Positions 1 to 10,306 of a DNA stretch of 64,000 nt are shown one piece after another. The position numbers and the translations under genes are program-made. The stretch is from the IMG/VR virus record IMGVR_UViG_3300032097_000030; one strand, written 5' to 3'. Source of the stretch: a virus. The notes beneath the pieces are model-generated. The model had not been told where the DNA came from. It saw only the letters and a list, made by a program, of their open reading frames with translations, and made no database searches. The first letter of the stretch is position 1. Each line of letters opens with the position of its first letter.

Positions 1-805
1 AACTTTCGCCATTTTTTTCCGAATCCGAAGGACCATTAACTGCATCTATATATCTGACGTTCTCCATAATTTTTGTTGGAGTTTTCCCGTTTCTAGCATA
101 TCGAGAATCGACACCTACCTGCCCATCATAGTTATTTCCCCAAGCCCATAATGTCCCATCATTCTTCAATGCCAAAGTATGGCCCGACCCAGAAACAACG
201 TGTACGACATTATCAAGAACCTCCTTTGGTTGAGCAGTCCCCTTTTCTAGACTACCCTCCCAAAACAACACTGTTCCATCCCTTTTTACTACAACTGTAA
301 AACTATATCCCACGGACGCTGACTTAACATTATCCATAAGTTTCCTTGTATTATCATAATAATCAATTTCGTATAATTCTCCTTTTCTAGAAACAGCAAC
401 AGCTCTGCCCCCACATTCAGAAACTGAGGAAACATTACTGAGTATCTTATGGGGCTTAATTGCTGGTTCCAATGGACCGTCACGATCAACTCCCCAAGTG
501 TATAGGTCACCATTAGAAGTTATAGCATAGTTTTTGAGGCCACCTTCAACAAAAACGGCATCCTCGAGTATTAAGATAGGCGTAGCGCTATCTATTTTGG
601 TACCATTTCCCAACTGATTTTGCGTATTTCTACCAGCACCATAAAGTTTACCTCCAGCAGTTATATAGTAAGATACTGCAGAACCCGCATAAATTGACCT
701 GTGCTCAACAGGCAACAGTCCATCTGCTGCTTCCACCCCTACACTTGTCCAAATAGAAAGTATTATAATAACCGCCAATCCTAACAATTTTTTCTTTATT
801 CCCAT
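1..805 (-). CDS. RCC1-repeat exported/cell-surface protein (3' end runs off window; absent from ORF track)
   Basis: Manual translation from ATG 805 (RBS GGAAGGTGG) is open to base 1: MGIKKKLLGLAVIIILSIWTSVGVEA (signal-peptide-like), then RCC1-type repeats GKLYGAGRNTQNQLGNG, NGDLYTWG, GHTLALKNDGTLWAWGNNYDGQVG. Confidence 0.8.
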   Translation of the reverse strand, partial: MGIKKKLLGLAVIIILSIWTSVGVEAADGLLPVEHRSIYAGSAVSYYITAGGKLYGAGRNTQNQLGNGTKIDSATPILILEDAVFVEGGLKNYAITSNGDLYTWGVDRDGPLEPAIKPHKILSNVSSVSECGGRAVAVSRKGELYEIDYYDNTRKLMDNVKSASVGYSFTVVVKRDGTVLFWEGSLEKGTAQPKEVLDNVVHVVSGSGHTLALKNDGTLWAWGNNYDGQVGVDSRYARNGKTPTKIMENVRYIDAVNGPSDSEKNGES

Positions 806-1224
806 GTTAGACCACCTTCCAAATGAATAATAAGCCAAACCCTTTTCACTAGAAACGACTCAAAAATTGTCAATACAAAAGTTTTTTGACCATAACTAGC
901 TTCAACTAAAAGACAAAACTGCTGCCTAATCTTTCAATATACAAGGAGACACCGCCATTGCACCTCACCCGAAAATGATATGTACCATCCTTTTCAAACA
1001 AGTAAAATGATAATAGGAAAAGAAACCATTTATTTTATAAAGCCCGTGTGAGTACATATTTCACCATCCTTATTAGGCATATTTTCCCATTACCTCTCTA
1101 TCTCTTTTTTCGCCCGTCCTAATTCCCCTGCAATACTTCCTTTTTTTTAAAAATATTGGTATTTAAAACCAACCGAAGGCAGCTAACCGATTATTAGACT
1201 TGCACGATTGGAGGGTTGTCGCAT

Positions 1225-2184
1225 TCACCTGGGTAAAAATTCACATTCAACTTCCGTCCCATCAAGCAGGGTTATAATTATTTTATCTCCTTCAATCACC
1301 GTCAGCTTCTCAACCAGTTTAAAGTATAAATCCATATCAAACTCTTGCTTAGGTTTAGCTTCTTTAATAATCCTCATAAACTGCTGCGCCTTGTATCTCT
1401 CAAGTAAATCCCCGCTGTCTTGCTTCTGCCACCATTTCTCCATGAAGTAATCTTTATTCTCCAGCATGGCATTAAAGGTATTTATAAATGCCTGGTATAA
1501 AACCCCATCATCCACATGCTTGTTCTCGCAGCCTTTTTCTCCTTTAGTAGCGTACTTATTATTGCACCGCCAGACTATCCTTCTCAGGCTATCATTGGTA
1601 GAGTTCCACACCTTTCTCCCAAAGGGGCTCCCGCAATGGCCGCAGATTACCCTGCCTGCAAAGGGATTATCTATGGTGGCGTAGTCTATCTTTTTAATAC
1701 CATGTTTCTCTGCAAAGGCTTTTCTTCTTTGCATCTCAAGCTGCACTGCTTCCCACATATCCTTATCGATAATGGCTGGGTGGCTTTCTTCTACATAGTA
1801 CTTTGGTACTTGGCCGTTGTTCTCCGTTCTTTTCTTTGTCAGAAAATCTACCGTATAGGTCTTTTGAAGCAGGGCATCCCCCTTATATTTTTCATTACTA
1901 AGCATCTTCCTAATGCTGCTTTCATACCATTTAGCTTTTCCGTTCCAGTTAAGGACTCCCTCATCTTCAAGCTCTCTAGCTATCCGGTTTGGCCCCTTTC
2001 CATCGAGGTAATCCTTATAAATTCTCCTAACAATCTTGGCCTGTTTTTTATTAATGACAAGGTTACCGTTTTCATCTTTATCGTATCCTAAAAACTTTGT
2101 ATGGTTTATATGAAGCCTGCCCTGTTCAAAGCGTCTTCTGATGCCCCATGTGGAATTTTCTGAAATGGACCGGCTTTCATCTTG
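1225..2184 (-). pseudogene. 3' half of a large serine recombinase gene, catalytic N-terminus missing
   Basis: Frame is open upstream of the track ORF (1225..1905) and reads QDESRSISENSTWGIRRRFEQG...FLGYDKDENG...LSNEKYKGDA...CGHCG zinc ribbon; it begins abruptly at the att-like arm and has no RVST catalytic motif. Confidence 0.85.
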
Positions 2185-2210
2185 TCTAATGACTTAAATA
2201 TTGATACAAT
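2157..2210. other. hybrid (attL/attR-like) recombination site: LSR coding arm + TG + attP-like arm
   Basis: Right half TG-TCTAATGACTTAAATA-TTGATACAAT matches the right half of 12454..12507 at 27/28; left half is LSR coding sequence. Confidence 0.65.
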
Positions 2211-2355
2211 TTAGCGTTATTGATTTACGCTAAAAAGTTTAGGATTAACGCTAAAAGGTGCACACCCCTATCAAGGGAAATTCAATAAGCTTAAAGTTTA
2301 AGACTTCTGCCCTCAACTCTCCTATAATAGAGATTTTTTTCTTAAGTGATATGGA
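2183..2355 (+). repeat. ~170-bp direct repeat, copy 1
   Basis: Aligns with 12480..12652: first 55 nt have 2 mismatches, remainder more diverged; internal TTTAGCGT/ACGCTAAA boxes. Confidence 0.9.
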
Positions 2356-2374
2356 TCAGGTGAAGTTAGTTTAT

Positions 2375-4339
2375 TCATTTTACAATACAATTCTGTAAAC
2401 CTATAGTTTCAATTTTAATACGTTGCTCATTAGTCAGTTTTGGAACCGCCCAAGCTAATAAATATTTTGGCCGAGTGCTTGCAACATATCCAAATCTTGT
2501 CGTCTCATCCTTATCATCTATCCAGTTTTCCCAATATCCCGTTTTTCCGCGTCCATCAGGTGATGAAACTAATAAGACGGCGTCATAAGAGCATCCCTTG
2601 ACGGAATGAATTGTATCAATTCGAAGCTTGGTAAACTCGTCACCTGATATTACTTGTATTGATATTGACGATGTTCCAGAAGGTGTCCTTAAAGTAGCAC
2701 TACCATATATTGATTTGTCAGGCCCCAATACTTGCTGTATATATTGGTCTACAATCTTTATTACTTCTTCTTTAGCGGAATGATACCAATCAGCATAAGT
2801 TTTATCATTAAACGCATTCACAACATCTGAAGCAACAAAACCATTTAAAACATCCCTTAACATCAATCGCCACTTAAATACGTCATCGAAAGTATCCGGA
2901 CAAAAATAATTATCCTTTCTCCCCCTGCTTTTTAACCACTTTTGAATTTGCAATCCTATAAGTAATAGGGCTTCCTTTTTGCTCTCCTGTGTGTCAATTT
3001 TCCACAACTGAACTGCGTAAATAATAGCATGCTGTTTATGGTCTAACGTTGTGCCAGTATTAAGTTTATTTTTTAAACTTGAATTCCGTGTCAATGCAAT
3101 AGCATCTTGTGGTGCTATTTGGTAGCGACGTAAAAGTTCTATGAAGAAATCAACTGCCTCTTCTTCATTCTCATATTCATAATATACCGCCGCGTTGCCA
3201 CAACACAAGTCTTGCGCATGTCCGATGATATCTCGGTTAATACTTTGCAATGCGCAAGCTACGTTAACAATTTTCTGGCAACTTCTAAAGTTGTCCCTTA
3301 GATACATTGTTTCGAACCCTTTTTCGGATATTTGCTTTATCAGGTATTGTGGCTTTGCATCTTTAAAAGAATAAATGGCTTGGTTTAAATCACCAATATA
3401 GTGAATGCTACTTCCTGCATTTTTAAGTAAGCCCAACATTTCTAGTTCAATAAAAGATAAATCTTGACATTCATCTACCATAATCAACGGGAATTTTTTT
3501 GCTAGCAATTTTACGATACCACCATCTTTTAAGCAACTTTTAGCAATTAAGTTCATATCTTCAAAACTTGCAAAGCCATCGCTCCAGAATTTCTTTTTAC
3601 ATTCCAATATCTTGTCTTTAAAGAAATTGTATTTGAATAGATAATCTTTTTTCTTTCGCTTACGTATTTTATTGATATTTTCTTGCATTGTAGGTTGTTT
3701 ATAATACTCTGAAATTTCTATACTATTACTTTCGCCAAAGTAAATGTACCACTTATTATCGCTATGTTGAAATGATATTTGATTGGCATAAATAGAACTC
3801 ATTCTGGGCGGAATAGGAAAATTAAGTGTGTAATTGTTGAGCCAAGTATTATCATAAATTTTCGTACTCTTATCTATTACGGAAAAAGATTTATCTGATA
3901 TTTCCCTATTCCTTTGAAAAAAAGCATATCCGAACTTTTGAGCTATATATCCGTGAATAAAACTTGCAAGAGTACCTATGTAATGCACTGTCGGAATATC
4001 ACGAGGATAAAACAGCCTAACTCTTTCCTTGATTGTGTTTGCGGCTTCATTCGTGAAAGTTAAAACTGCGATTCCAGAAGACTTCTGACTCCAACGACAT
4101 ATTTCAAAGGCAGTTTTCATCCCAAGGACTTCTGTTTTACCACTTCCGGCACAAGCCGACAAGTATGTGCATTTACTTACAGGCGAAAGAATATAGTCTA
4201 TTTGCTTTTCTGTCTTTTCACAAATTCTGCATTTATCATGTTTATTGCATTTACTATCGTTTAAAAATGTACATGTGTGTGCATCATCAGCTAAACATAG
4301 TGTCGCAGAAAGAATATTTTCCTTTTCTCTTTTAGACAT
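2375..4339 (-). CDS. gajB: UvrD/SF1 helicase, Gabija GajB-like, with Cys/His-rich N-terminal extension
   Basis: ACAGSGKT (Walker A), VLTFTN, DECQD, GDLNQAIY, NFRS, TIHSVKG, YVASTR; likely start ATG 4339 overlapping the stop of the upstream OLD gene. Confidence 0.75.
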   Translation of the reverse strand: MSKREKENILSATLCLADDAHTCTFLNDSKCNKHDKCRICEKTEKQIDYILSPVSKCTYLSACAGSGKTEVLGMKTAFEICRWSQKSSGIAVLTFTNEAANTIKERVRLFYPRDIPTVHYIGTLASFIHGYIAQKFGYAFFQRNREISDKSFSVIDKSTKIYDNTWLNNYTLNFPIPPRMSSIYANQISFQHSDNKWYIYFGESNSIEISEYYKQPTMQENINKIRKRKKKDYLFKYNFFKDKILECKKKFWSDGFASFEDMNLIAKSCLKDGGIVKLLAKKFPLIMVDECQDLSFIELEMLGLLKNAGSSIHYIGDLNQAIYSFKDAKPQYLIKQISEKGFETMYLRDNFRSCQKIVNVACALQSINRDIIGHAQDLCCGNAAVYYEYENEEEAVDFFIELLRRYQIAPQDAIALTRNSSLKNKLNTGTTLDHKQHAIIYAVQLWKIDTQESKKEALLLIGLQIQKWLKSRGRKDNYFCPDTFDDVFKWRLMLRDVLNGFVASDVVNAFNDKTYADWYHSAKEEVIKIVDQYIQQVLGPDKSIYGSATLRTPSGTSSISIQVISGDEFTKLRIDTIHSVKGCSYDAVLLVSSPDGRGKTGYWENWIDDKDETTRFGYVASTRPKYLLAWAVPKLTNEQRIKIETIGLQNCIVK

Positions 4340-6176
4340 TCTCTTCGATGCCTCCACAAGCCCATAATATTGCTCTCGCAATATATTCAGGTACAATATA
4401 CTCTTCGTCTATAGCTTCGGCTAGTGCATATGCAAACAAGCCTTTTCCTACTTGTGAATTATCAACATGCTTATAAATGAATTTAGCATCATCACGTAAC
4501 GAACATAAATCTGTATGGTAATTATTATGTTTGTCAACAATCTTTTGAAGATCAGGAGATACTGTTCCATCTGCAGTAGGCCATAGAGATTTCAATGTCT
4601 TTGCCATAACTGCTGGATTTAGCATAGCCATATCGTATTCAAACGTTTTGAGTGGCGATATAAAGAGTCTGGAATATTTATTACTATTGATATCATTAAT
4701 ATAATCGCATACAGAATTATTTCCTGTGACCATTTCTCCTTTTAATGGATAAGTTTCTTTATCAGGATCACGATCGCTCAAGCCTGCACAGAAGATTGGT
4801 ATATTCGGTCCTGAAGAATTATCAAAATTACAAAATAATTTCATGAAATACTTGAAATTTATACCGTTGATATTGATAACCGATATGCCCATTTCTTCAA
4901 TACTATTTGCTAATACTCGCTTCCCTTCAGCAACAGCTTTTCGATTATATTTTTTCAATACATTTACAGCTAATTTTGGAAGTATTAGTGCTTCAGCTAT
5001 GCCCTCAACCATGATAATTCCTCGCGAAAAAAGCATGGTTGATTTTGTTACATCCAGCCACCTGTTAATATATTTTTCAGAAACAGTGTCGCCAAAAACC
5101 TTTTGCTTCAGAGTTATCGCATTAATACATTCATCCTGTTCTGAAACATGAATAATTTTATTAACGCTAACTGATGAAGCTAACACAGGTGAGTGCGTAG
5201 AAACAATAATCTGTGCGTTGTGCAAAGTATCAGACAATGTTTCGAGATATTTGATAAATTTCACTTGTAATTGCGGATGCAAATGAGCTTCTGGTTCTTC
5301 GATTAACAACGCTGTAAATATGTCTGAATCTTTGATTAATTCCAATTCAGCAAACACAGTAGCAATATAAAGGAGATTATTATACCCCAAACTATTGGTG
5401 GCCAAATCTCTGAATTTCATTATATCTATTTCGCCGATTTTCGGAAAGAATACCATTTTTATATTTTCGACTATTTTATTGAATGTTGTTTCAGTAAACT
5501 GTAAATTGACACTTTGACCAAGTTCATTTCCAAGGGATTCTTTGATTTTTGTGTTAATACTCTTTTTTACCGAATCAATCTCAGCATATTTCCCATCGGT
5601 ATTTTCAGTAATGGCATCATTGAATTTTTTTACACTCTCGACAAGCGAATTAGTATTATCGCCATACTTTTTCTTTAAAAGCATGGCTAATCTCGACTTT
5701 CTGGCATTTGCTAGTTTATTTTCCGCATCACGCAATGGCGGCAAATATATACACTCAATACAGTCAAACGTATCTTCTTCAAAAATACTGGCAGATGAGT
5801 TGCCACCCCAATGTTTACGTTTGAAATAGCCAAATCGAGAGGATTTTTTCGATATCAATAAATGTAAATGTGCATTAAAATCCGCACCACACCATGTCAA
5901 AAAAGTGATTTTTTCATCTTCGGTCAAACGAGAAAATTCGGCGGTAATTTTCACCTCATCAGCACGGTTCTTTTTATCTAATTAACAATATAAGTCTCCT
6001 TCCGAAAAAGCAGTATTTGATTCTTTTTCTCTCAATAGTAGCCTAAGTGCATTAATTATTGCAGTCTTTCCAGAGCCGTTTTCGCCAACGAGAATATTTA
6101 ACCCTTTATTAAGGATGACGCTTGATTCCCGATTTGTGTTTTTGTAACCTTCAATCCGTAATTTAGAAATATACAT
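4332..6176 (-). pseudogene. gajA: OLD-family ABC-ATPase/TOPRIM nuclease (Gabija GajA-like) with in-frame TAA at 5982-5984
   Basis: Track ORFs 5982..6188 and 4332..5954 share a frame (GDLYC*LDKK); GENGSGKT Walker A, LGYNN, LIEEPEAHLHP, STHSP, TOPRIM VEGIAE, SDRD, TFEYD. Confidence 0.8.
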
Positions 6177-6251
6177 AGAATCCTCCATTACAATTTATTG
6201 AAGGTGAAGCTTTTTATAGCACAAAACATAATGTTTAAGATGGGTCTAATT

Positions 6252-7463
6252 CTAAGTTCTCGCTTCTTTAGCAATTCTTTCACGGTCATAATCATTCAAA
6301 TGAAGAATAAAATGATAGACAGTCATATGCTTAGCTTTATCTTCAGGAATTATATGAACACTCTTAAAAACATATTGCTGTTCTAAATCCTTTACTGAAA
6401 CTAATTTAAAATTATCGTCTACAAAATTGTTTAGGTTCTCCTTGATTTTATCTATAGCATCTTGCAAATTATATTTTTTGTTTATAGAAATAGTAATGCC
6501 GAAATGAAAATAATGATTTAAATAACCCAACAATTGTTTAAATTGATCTAAAAAATTTTCAATGTGTTTACTTTCAATAATGGCATAGTCTTCATCCCCA
6601 TAAATATATAAGTCAGTTTCCCCTAATGTTTTAATAGCTCTTCCCATCGGAAATTCTCTTGTAATTTGTAAATCATACTTAGATTTTAGAACTTCTTCGA
6701 TACTATCATGTATATCGTTGCTTATCTCGGTTTCACCACGATTACGAAATTCAACTACACGCTTTTGGAATTTACGAAGTACTTTATATAATTCAGTAAT
6801 CACTCCCTTTTCAATGTTAATAGCTTCTAATTTTGTTTTTGGACTCTGGGGTAGCTGTAATTTTCCTAAGTATTGTTTTCTCAAATCTACTGGCATGAGA
6901 TCTATATAATCATATAAATTTACATCTGGAAAAAACATTGAAAACAATTCTTCATTACGTAAAAACATCGTTAACATCTTACTTAATTGCGAGGGGAGAA
7001 AATCATGATCGCAGAAACAGAAATAATAATACGATTCATAATTTTGTATTTCTTTTAAAACATAATTTGTACCATCGTTAGTTAAATAATTTGGATTAGT
7101 TGATATTAGAGAAAAAAGGTCTTTGTTTATTGGATTAGGTATAAGCTCAGAGGGATTATCATTACAATCTTCCCACCATTGTAAAATAGTATATAAAAGA
7201 TACTCGTATTTTGGATTTATATAATATCTAAGTTCAGGGGATAAGATTAGTTCATATAATTCATCTACAAGACATCTACATTCTTGTGGTCTACGCATTA
7301 AATAATCTCTAGGTAGAAAACCATCCATCCCGAAATCTGGATCATTATTCAGATAATCTAATAGTACTCTTACAATTACTGCTAGGTTTCCATTTACATT
7401 TTCTGTGACTTTCATATCAATACTATTGTTTTCGCCATAATCTAAGAAATCTAAAGGAATCAT
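6252..7463 (-). CDS. 403-aa protein with C-terminal PD-(D/E)xK-like nuclease domain
   Basis: C-terminal GETDLYI...AIIESK...QLLGYL pattern; RBS GAGGGAG; AT-rich; co-oriented upstream of gajA. Confidence 0.55.
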   Translation of the reverse strand: MIPLDFLDYGENNSIDMKVTENVNGNLAVIVRVLLDYLNNDPDFGMDGFLPRDYLMRRPQECRCLVDELYELILSPELRYYINPKYEYLLYTILQWWEDCNDNPSELIPNPINKDLFSLISTNPNYLTNDGTNYVLKEIQNYESYYYFCFCDHDFLPSQLSKMLTMFLRNEELFSMFFPDVNLYDYIDLMPVDLRKQYLGKLQLPQSPKTKLEAINIEKGVITELYKVLRKFQKRVVEFRNRGETEISNDIHDSIEEVLKSKYDLQITREFPMGRAIKTLGETDLYIYGDEDYAIIESKHIENFLDQFKQLLGYLNHYFHFGITISINKKYNLQDAIDKIKENLNNFVDDNFKLVSVKDLEQQYVFKSVHIIPEDKAKHMTVYHFILHLNDYDRERIAKEART

Positions 7464-7696
7464 TAATTATCTCCCTCGTAATTGATGGAACCGGTTCTTT
7501 AAACATTTATCGGCTTCTCACTTGCAAAACTTGTGCAATTTTGCAATGAAACATCGTTAAGCTATTCTATATTTTCTTAAAAGTTTCCTGTTAATCATAA
7601 AAATTCCAAAGAAATTAAAGCTCCTTTCTTTTTTAATACACGGTATACAAACATTTCCTATGAAAGCAACCTTCCCCAAAAAACCCCTATAAAAAC

Positions 7697-7737
7697 AAAA
7701 AAAACCCGCAAGTTCAGCACCAAGCCAACCCTGCGGG
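7697..7737 (-). terminator. putative intrinsic terminator after LSR cluster
   Basis: CCCGCA/TGCGGG stem followed by T8 on minus strand. Confidence 0.5.
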
Positions 7738-7753
7738 ATTCTAATTTTCGTAT

Positions 7754-9184
7754 TCAAATTCTTGTTCCGGCAAGAAAAACAACCACCGGTTTGCCATTAA
7801 GCCCGATTTCAATATGGTCAAGTGTCTTAAGCATCAATTCATATGGCATCGTTTCAATGCACCCGACTTCTTCTATCATGCACACCAGTTCCTTAGCCCT
7901 ATATGCAGCCAAAGTATCGTCGCCGTTTATGGTTTGCTGCCGCTTTGGCAAAAAGCTCTCTTTATCATCAACCAGTTGGTTCCATGCTTTGATGAATTCC
8001 TTTTCTGCAATCTCTGCATAAATCCTTTGACCATTCCGGGAGGTATCCTCCCCAACCGGTTTATAGCGTCCAGCCTTGAAGTTACTGCAAATCCAGTACT
8101 TCTTTCCATAATCCTCTTTTCGCTTTGATTTTCGAAGCAAAAATGTATGTCCGCATTCTTTGCAGATGATTTTCCCGCTGAGGGGATACTCCTCACTATG
8201 CCGGTGAAACTTATTCATGTAGTGGTCTTTAGCAAACTGTTCCTGCCGCTTCATTTCAAGCTGCGCGCATTTCCATGTGTCTTTATCGATAATTGCGGGA
8301 TGGGTGTTCTCAAAATAATATTGTGGCAATTCCCCTTCATTCTTCACACGCCGCTTTGTTAAATAATCTGCGTTATAAGTCTTTTGAAACCTTGTATCGC
8401 CCTTCATCTTTTCATTAGTAAGAACTTTTGTGATATGGCTTGCACACCACTCCTTCCCGCCATAAGCCATCAGTACTTTCTCTGTGGTCAGGCGCTTGGC
8501 AATCTGGAAGGTACCGAACCCGTCAAGGAACTCCTGGTAGATCCGGCGCACTACTTTGGCTTGTTCTTCATTAATGATGAGATTACCGTCTTCGTCCTTG
8601 TCATAACCCAGGAATTTACCGCTTGGAATGCTTTTGATATTACCTCTCTCATACTTTCTGCGGATGCCCCATTTAACGTTTTCTGAAATAGCAAGGCTTT
8701 CGGTTTGCGCTACTGCTGAGATCAGCGTCAAAAGCATCTCTCCTTCGCTTCTCATGGTGTGGATATTCTCCTTTTCAAAATAGACATCCACCCCGAGGGC
8801 TTTCAATTCCCTAATACAGTTAAGACAATCAAGAGTATTGCGACCGAAGCGGGAGAGGCTCTTAGTAATGATCATATCTATATGGCCATCTCTGGCGTCC
8901 TGCATCAGACGGTTAAAAGCATCGCGCTTTTTAAGGTCAGTTCCGGAGATGCCTTCATCAGCGTAAATTCCGGCAAAAGAGTAATCAGGATGTGATCTTA
9001 TATAATTTTCGTAATAGGTTATTTGTGCATGATAGCTTGAAAGTTGCTCGTCACTGCCTGTTGAGACCCGGCAGTAAGCCGCAACTCTCTGTTTATTCGT
9101 TTCATTCTTCTCGCCATCCGTTGTACTGGGTAACGGGTATAAGACGGAAATCCTTCTCGGACCTCTTCTTTCTACGGAGGTCAT
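7754..9184 (-). CDS. large serine recombinase
   Basis: AYCRVST, ITKSLSRFGRN, recombinase domain LGYDKDEDG...NEKMKGD, CKECG zinc ribbon. Confidence 0.92.
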   Translation of the reverse strand: MTSVERRGPRRISVLYPLPSTTDGEKNETNKQRVAAYCRVSTGSDEQLSSYHAQITYYENYIRSHPDYSFAGIYADEGISGTDLKKRDAFNRLMQDARDGHIDMIITKSLSRFGRNTLDCLNCIRELKALGVDVYFEKENIHTMRSEGEMLLTLISAVAQTESLAISENVKWGIRRKYERGNIKSIPSGKFLGYDKDEDGNLIINEEQAKVVRRIYQEFLDGFGTFQIAKRLTTEKVLMAYGGKEWCASHITKVLTNEKMKGDTRFQKTYNADYLTKRRVKNEGELPQYYFENTHPAIIDKDTWKCAQLEMKRQEQFAKDHYMNKFHRHSEEYPLSGKIICKECGHTFLLRKSKRKEDYGKKYWICSNFKAGRYKPVGEDTSRNGQRIYAEIAEKEFIKAWNQLVDDKESFLPKRQQTINGDDTLAAYRAKELVCMIEEVGCIETMPYELMLKTLDHIEIGLNGKPVVVFLAGTRI

Positions 9185-10304
9185 GATTCACCTCCTCCAG
9201 AACCATAGGCTCAGTTATTGCATAATCCTTCGAAAGCGCTTCTAATATTCCATCTGCTATGCGCATCCCTATACATACGGCCTTACCTTTTTGCTGATAG
9301 GTTGCACAAATCCAGCTTACATAGCCGCCTTGATGGATGACTCTGATGAGCGATGCTCCACAGTACGGACACTTTAATAAGCCGGTAAAGGGATATTCTT
9401 TCTTTTTTCTGCCTTCACGGATGGTTTGGGCCGCCTTCCACTTTGTTCTTGGAATAATTGCCGGATGGGCATTTTCAACGTAGTACTTGGGCTTTTGCCC
9501 TTTATTTAAAACTTGCTTACCCTCCTCATTAACGAAGGCTTTTTGCATCAAACAGTCGCCGGTATATTTCTCGTTGGAGATGATACTTAAAATCCGGTGC
9601 GAACGCCATGGATTCTTAGTATAGGTAGGGACACCTTCGTCATTTAGTATCTGCGCAATCTTATACCCGGAAATAACATTTAGATAGAGATTATAAATCC
9701 GCTTGACGATTTCTGCCTGCTTTTTATTTATGACCAGACTGCCATTTTCGTCCCGGTCGTAACCCATGAGGCGATTAACGTCTACCATCGCCTCTCCGCG
9801 CTTGAATTTGTTCTGCATGGCCCATTGAACATTGGCACAGACCGACTTTCGTTCTTCTTCCGCGATGGCTGCAAGGACAGTGAGCATTAATTCTCCCTCA
9901 GCATTTATGGTGTTGATGTTCTGCTCTTCGAAGATGACACCCACACCTGCATCTTTTAATTCGCGGACATATTTAAGCAGCATTAGAGTATTCCTTGCAA
10001 ATCGGGAAACCGACTTTGTAATGATAATATCTATTTCACCTGCTCTTGCTTTTTCAAGCATAGCCTTTAGGCCCGGCCGGTCTATTTTTAAGCCGGATAT
10101 ACCCGTGTCTGAGAAAATGCCGCAGAATTCATACGCAGGATTTGACTTTAGCTTTCGTTCATAGTATTCGGTCTGGTTTTGGAGGGAATTCATCTGCCCG
10201 GAGTGTTCAGTTGATACACGTACATAGGCACAAACTCTGATTTTTGGAGGTACGGTGAAGGGATTGAGGCTTCCTTTTATTTCAGTTATCTTTCTTTTCA
10301 CCAT
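9102..10304 (-). CDS. large serine recombinase
   Basis: AYVRVST, TKSVSRFARN, NEKYTGD, CPYCG. Confidence 0.92.
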   Translation of the reverse strand: MVKRKITEIKGSLNPFTVPPKIRVCAYVRVSTEHSGQMNSLQNQTEYYERKLKSNPAYEFCGIFSDTGISGLKIDRPGLKAMLEKARAGEIDIIITKSVSRFARNTLMLLKYVRELKDAGVGVIFEEQNINTINAEGELMLTVLAAIAEEERKSVCANVQWAMQNKFKRGEAMVDVNRLMGYDRDENGSLVINKKQAEIVKRIYNLYLNVISGYKIAQILNDEGVPTYTKNPWRSHRILSIISNEKYTGDCLMQKAFVNEEGKQVLNKGQKPKYYVENAHPAIIPRTKWKAAQTIREGRKKKEYPFTGLLKCPYCGASLIRVIHQGGYVSWICATYQQKGKAVCIGMRIADGILEALSKDYAITEPMVLEEVNHDLRRKKRSEKDFRLIPVTQYNGWREE

Positions 10305-10306
10305 GG

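Noticed and set aside
1200-1226. Possible rlmD/rumA-type att remnant (CACGATTGGAGGGTTGTC)
   Set aside because: Only vague resemblance; no methyltransferase gene in window
2183-2200. TGTCTAATGAC as a Tn7/Mu-like transposon end
   Set aside because: No tns genes, matching opposite end or target duplication seen; symmetry about the TG at 12480 fits an LSR site better (not fully excluded)
7520-7553. TGTTTCATTGCAAAA (minus strand) as the partner end of a Gabija mini-transposon
   Set aside because: Weak similarity to the 2183 end and flanks do not form a duplication
7557-7757. 66-aa ORF after the LSR cluster
   Set aside because: Runs through a terminator and homopolymer tracts; non-coding appearance
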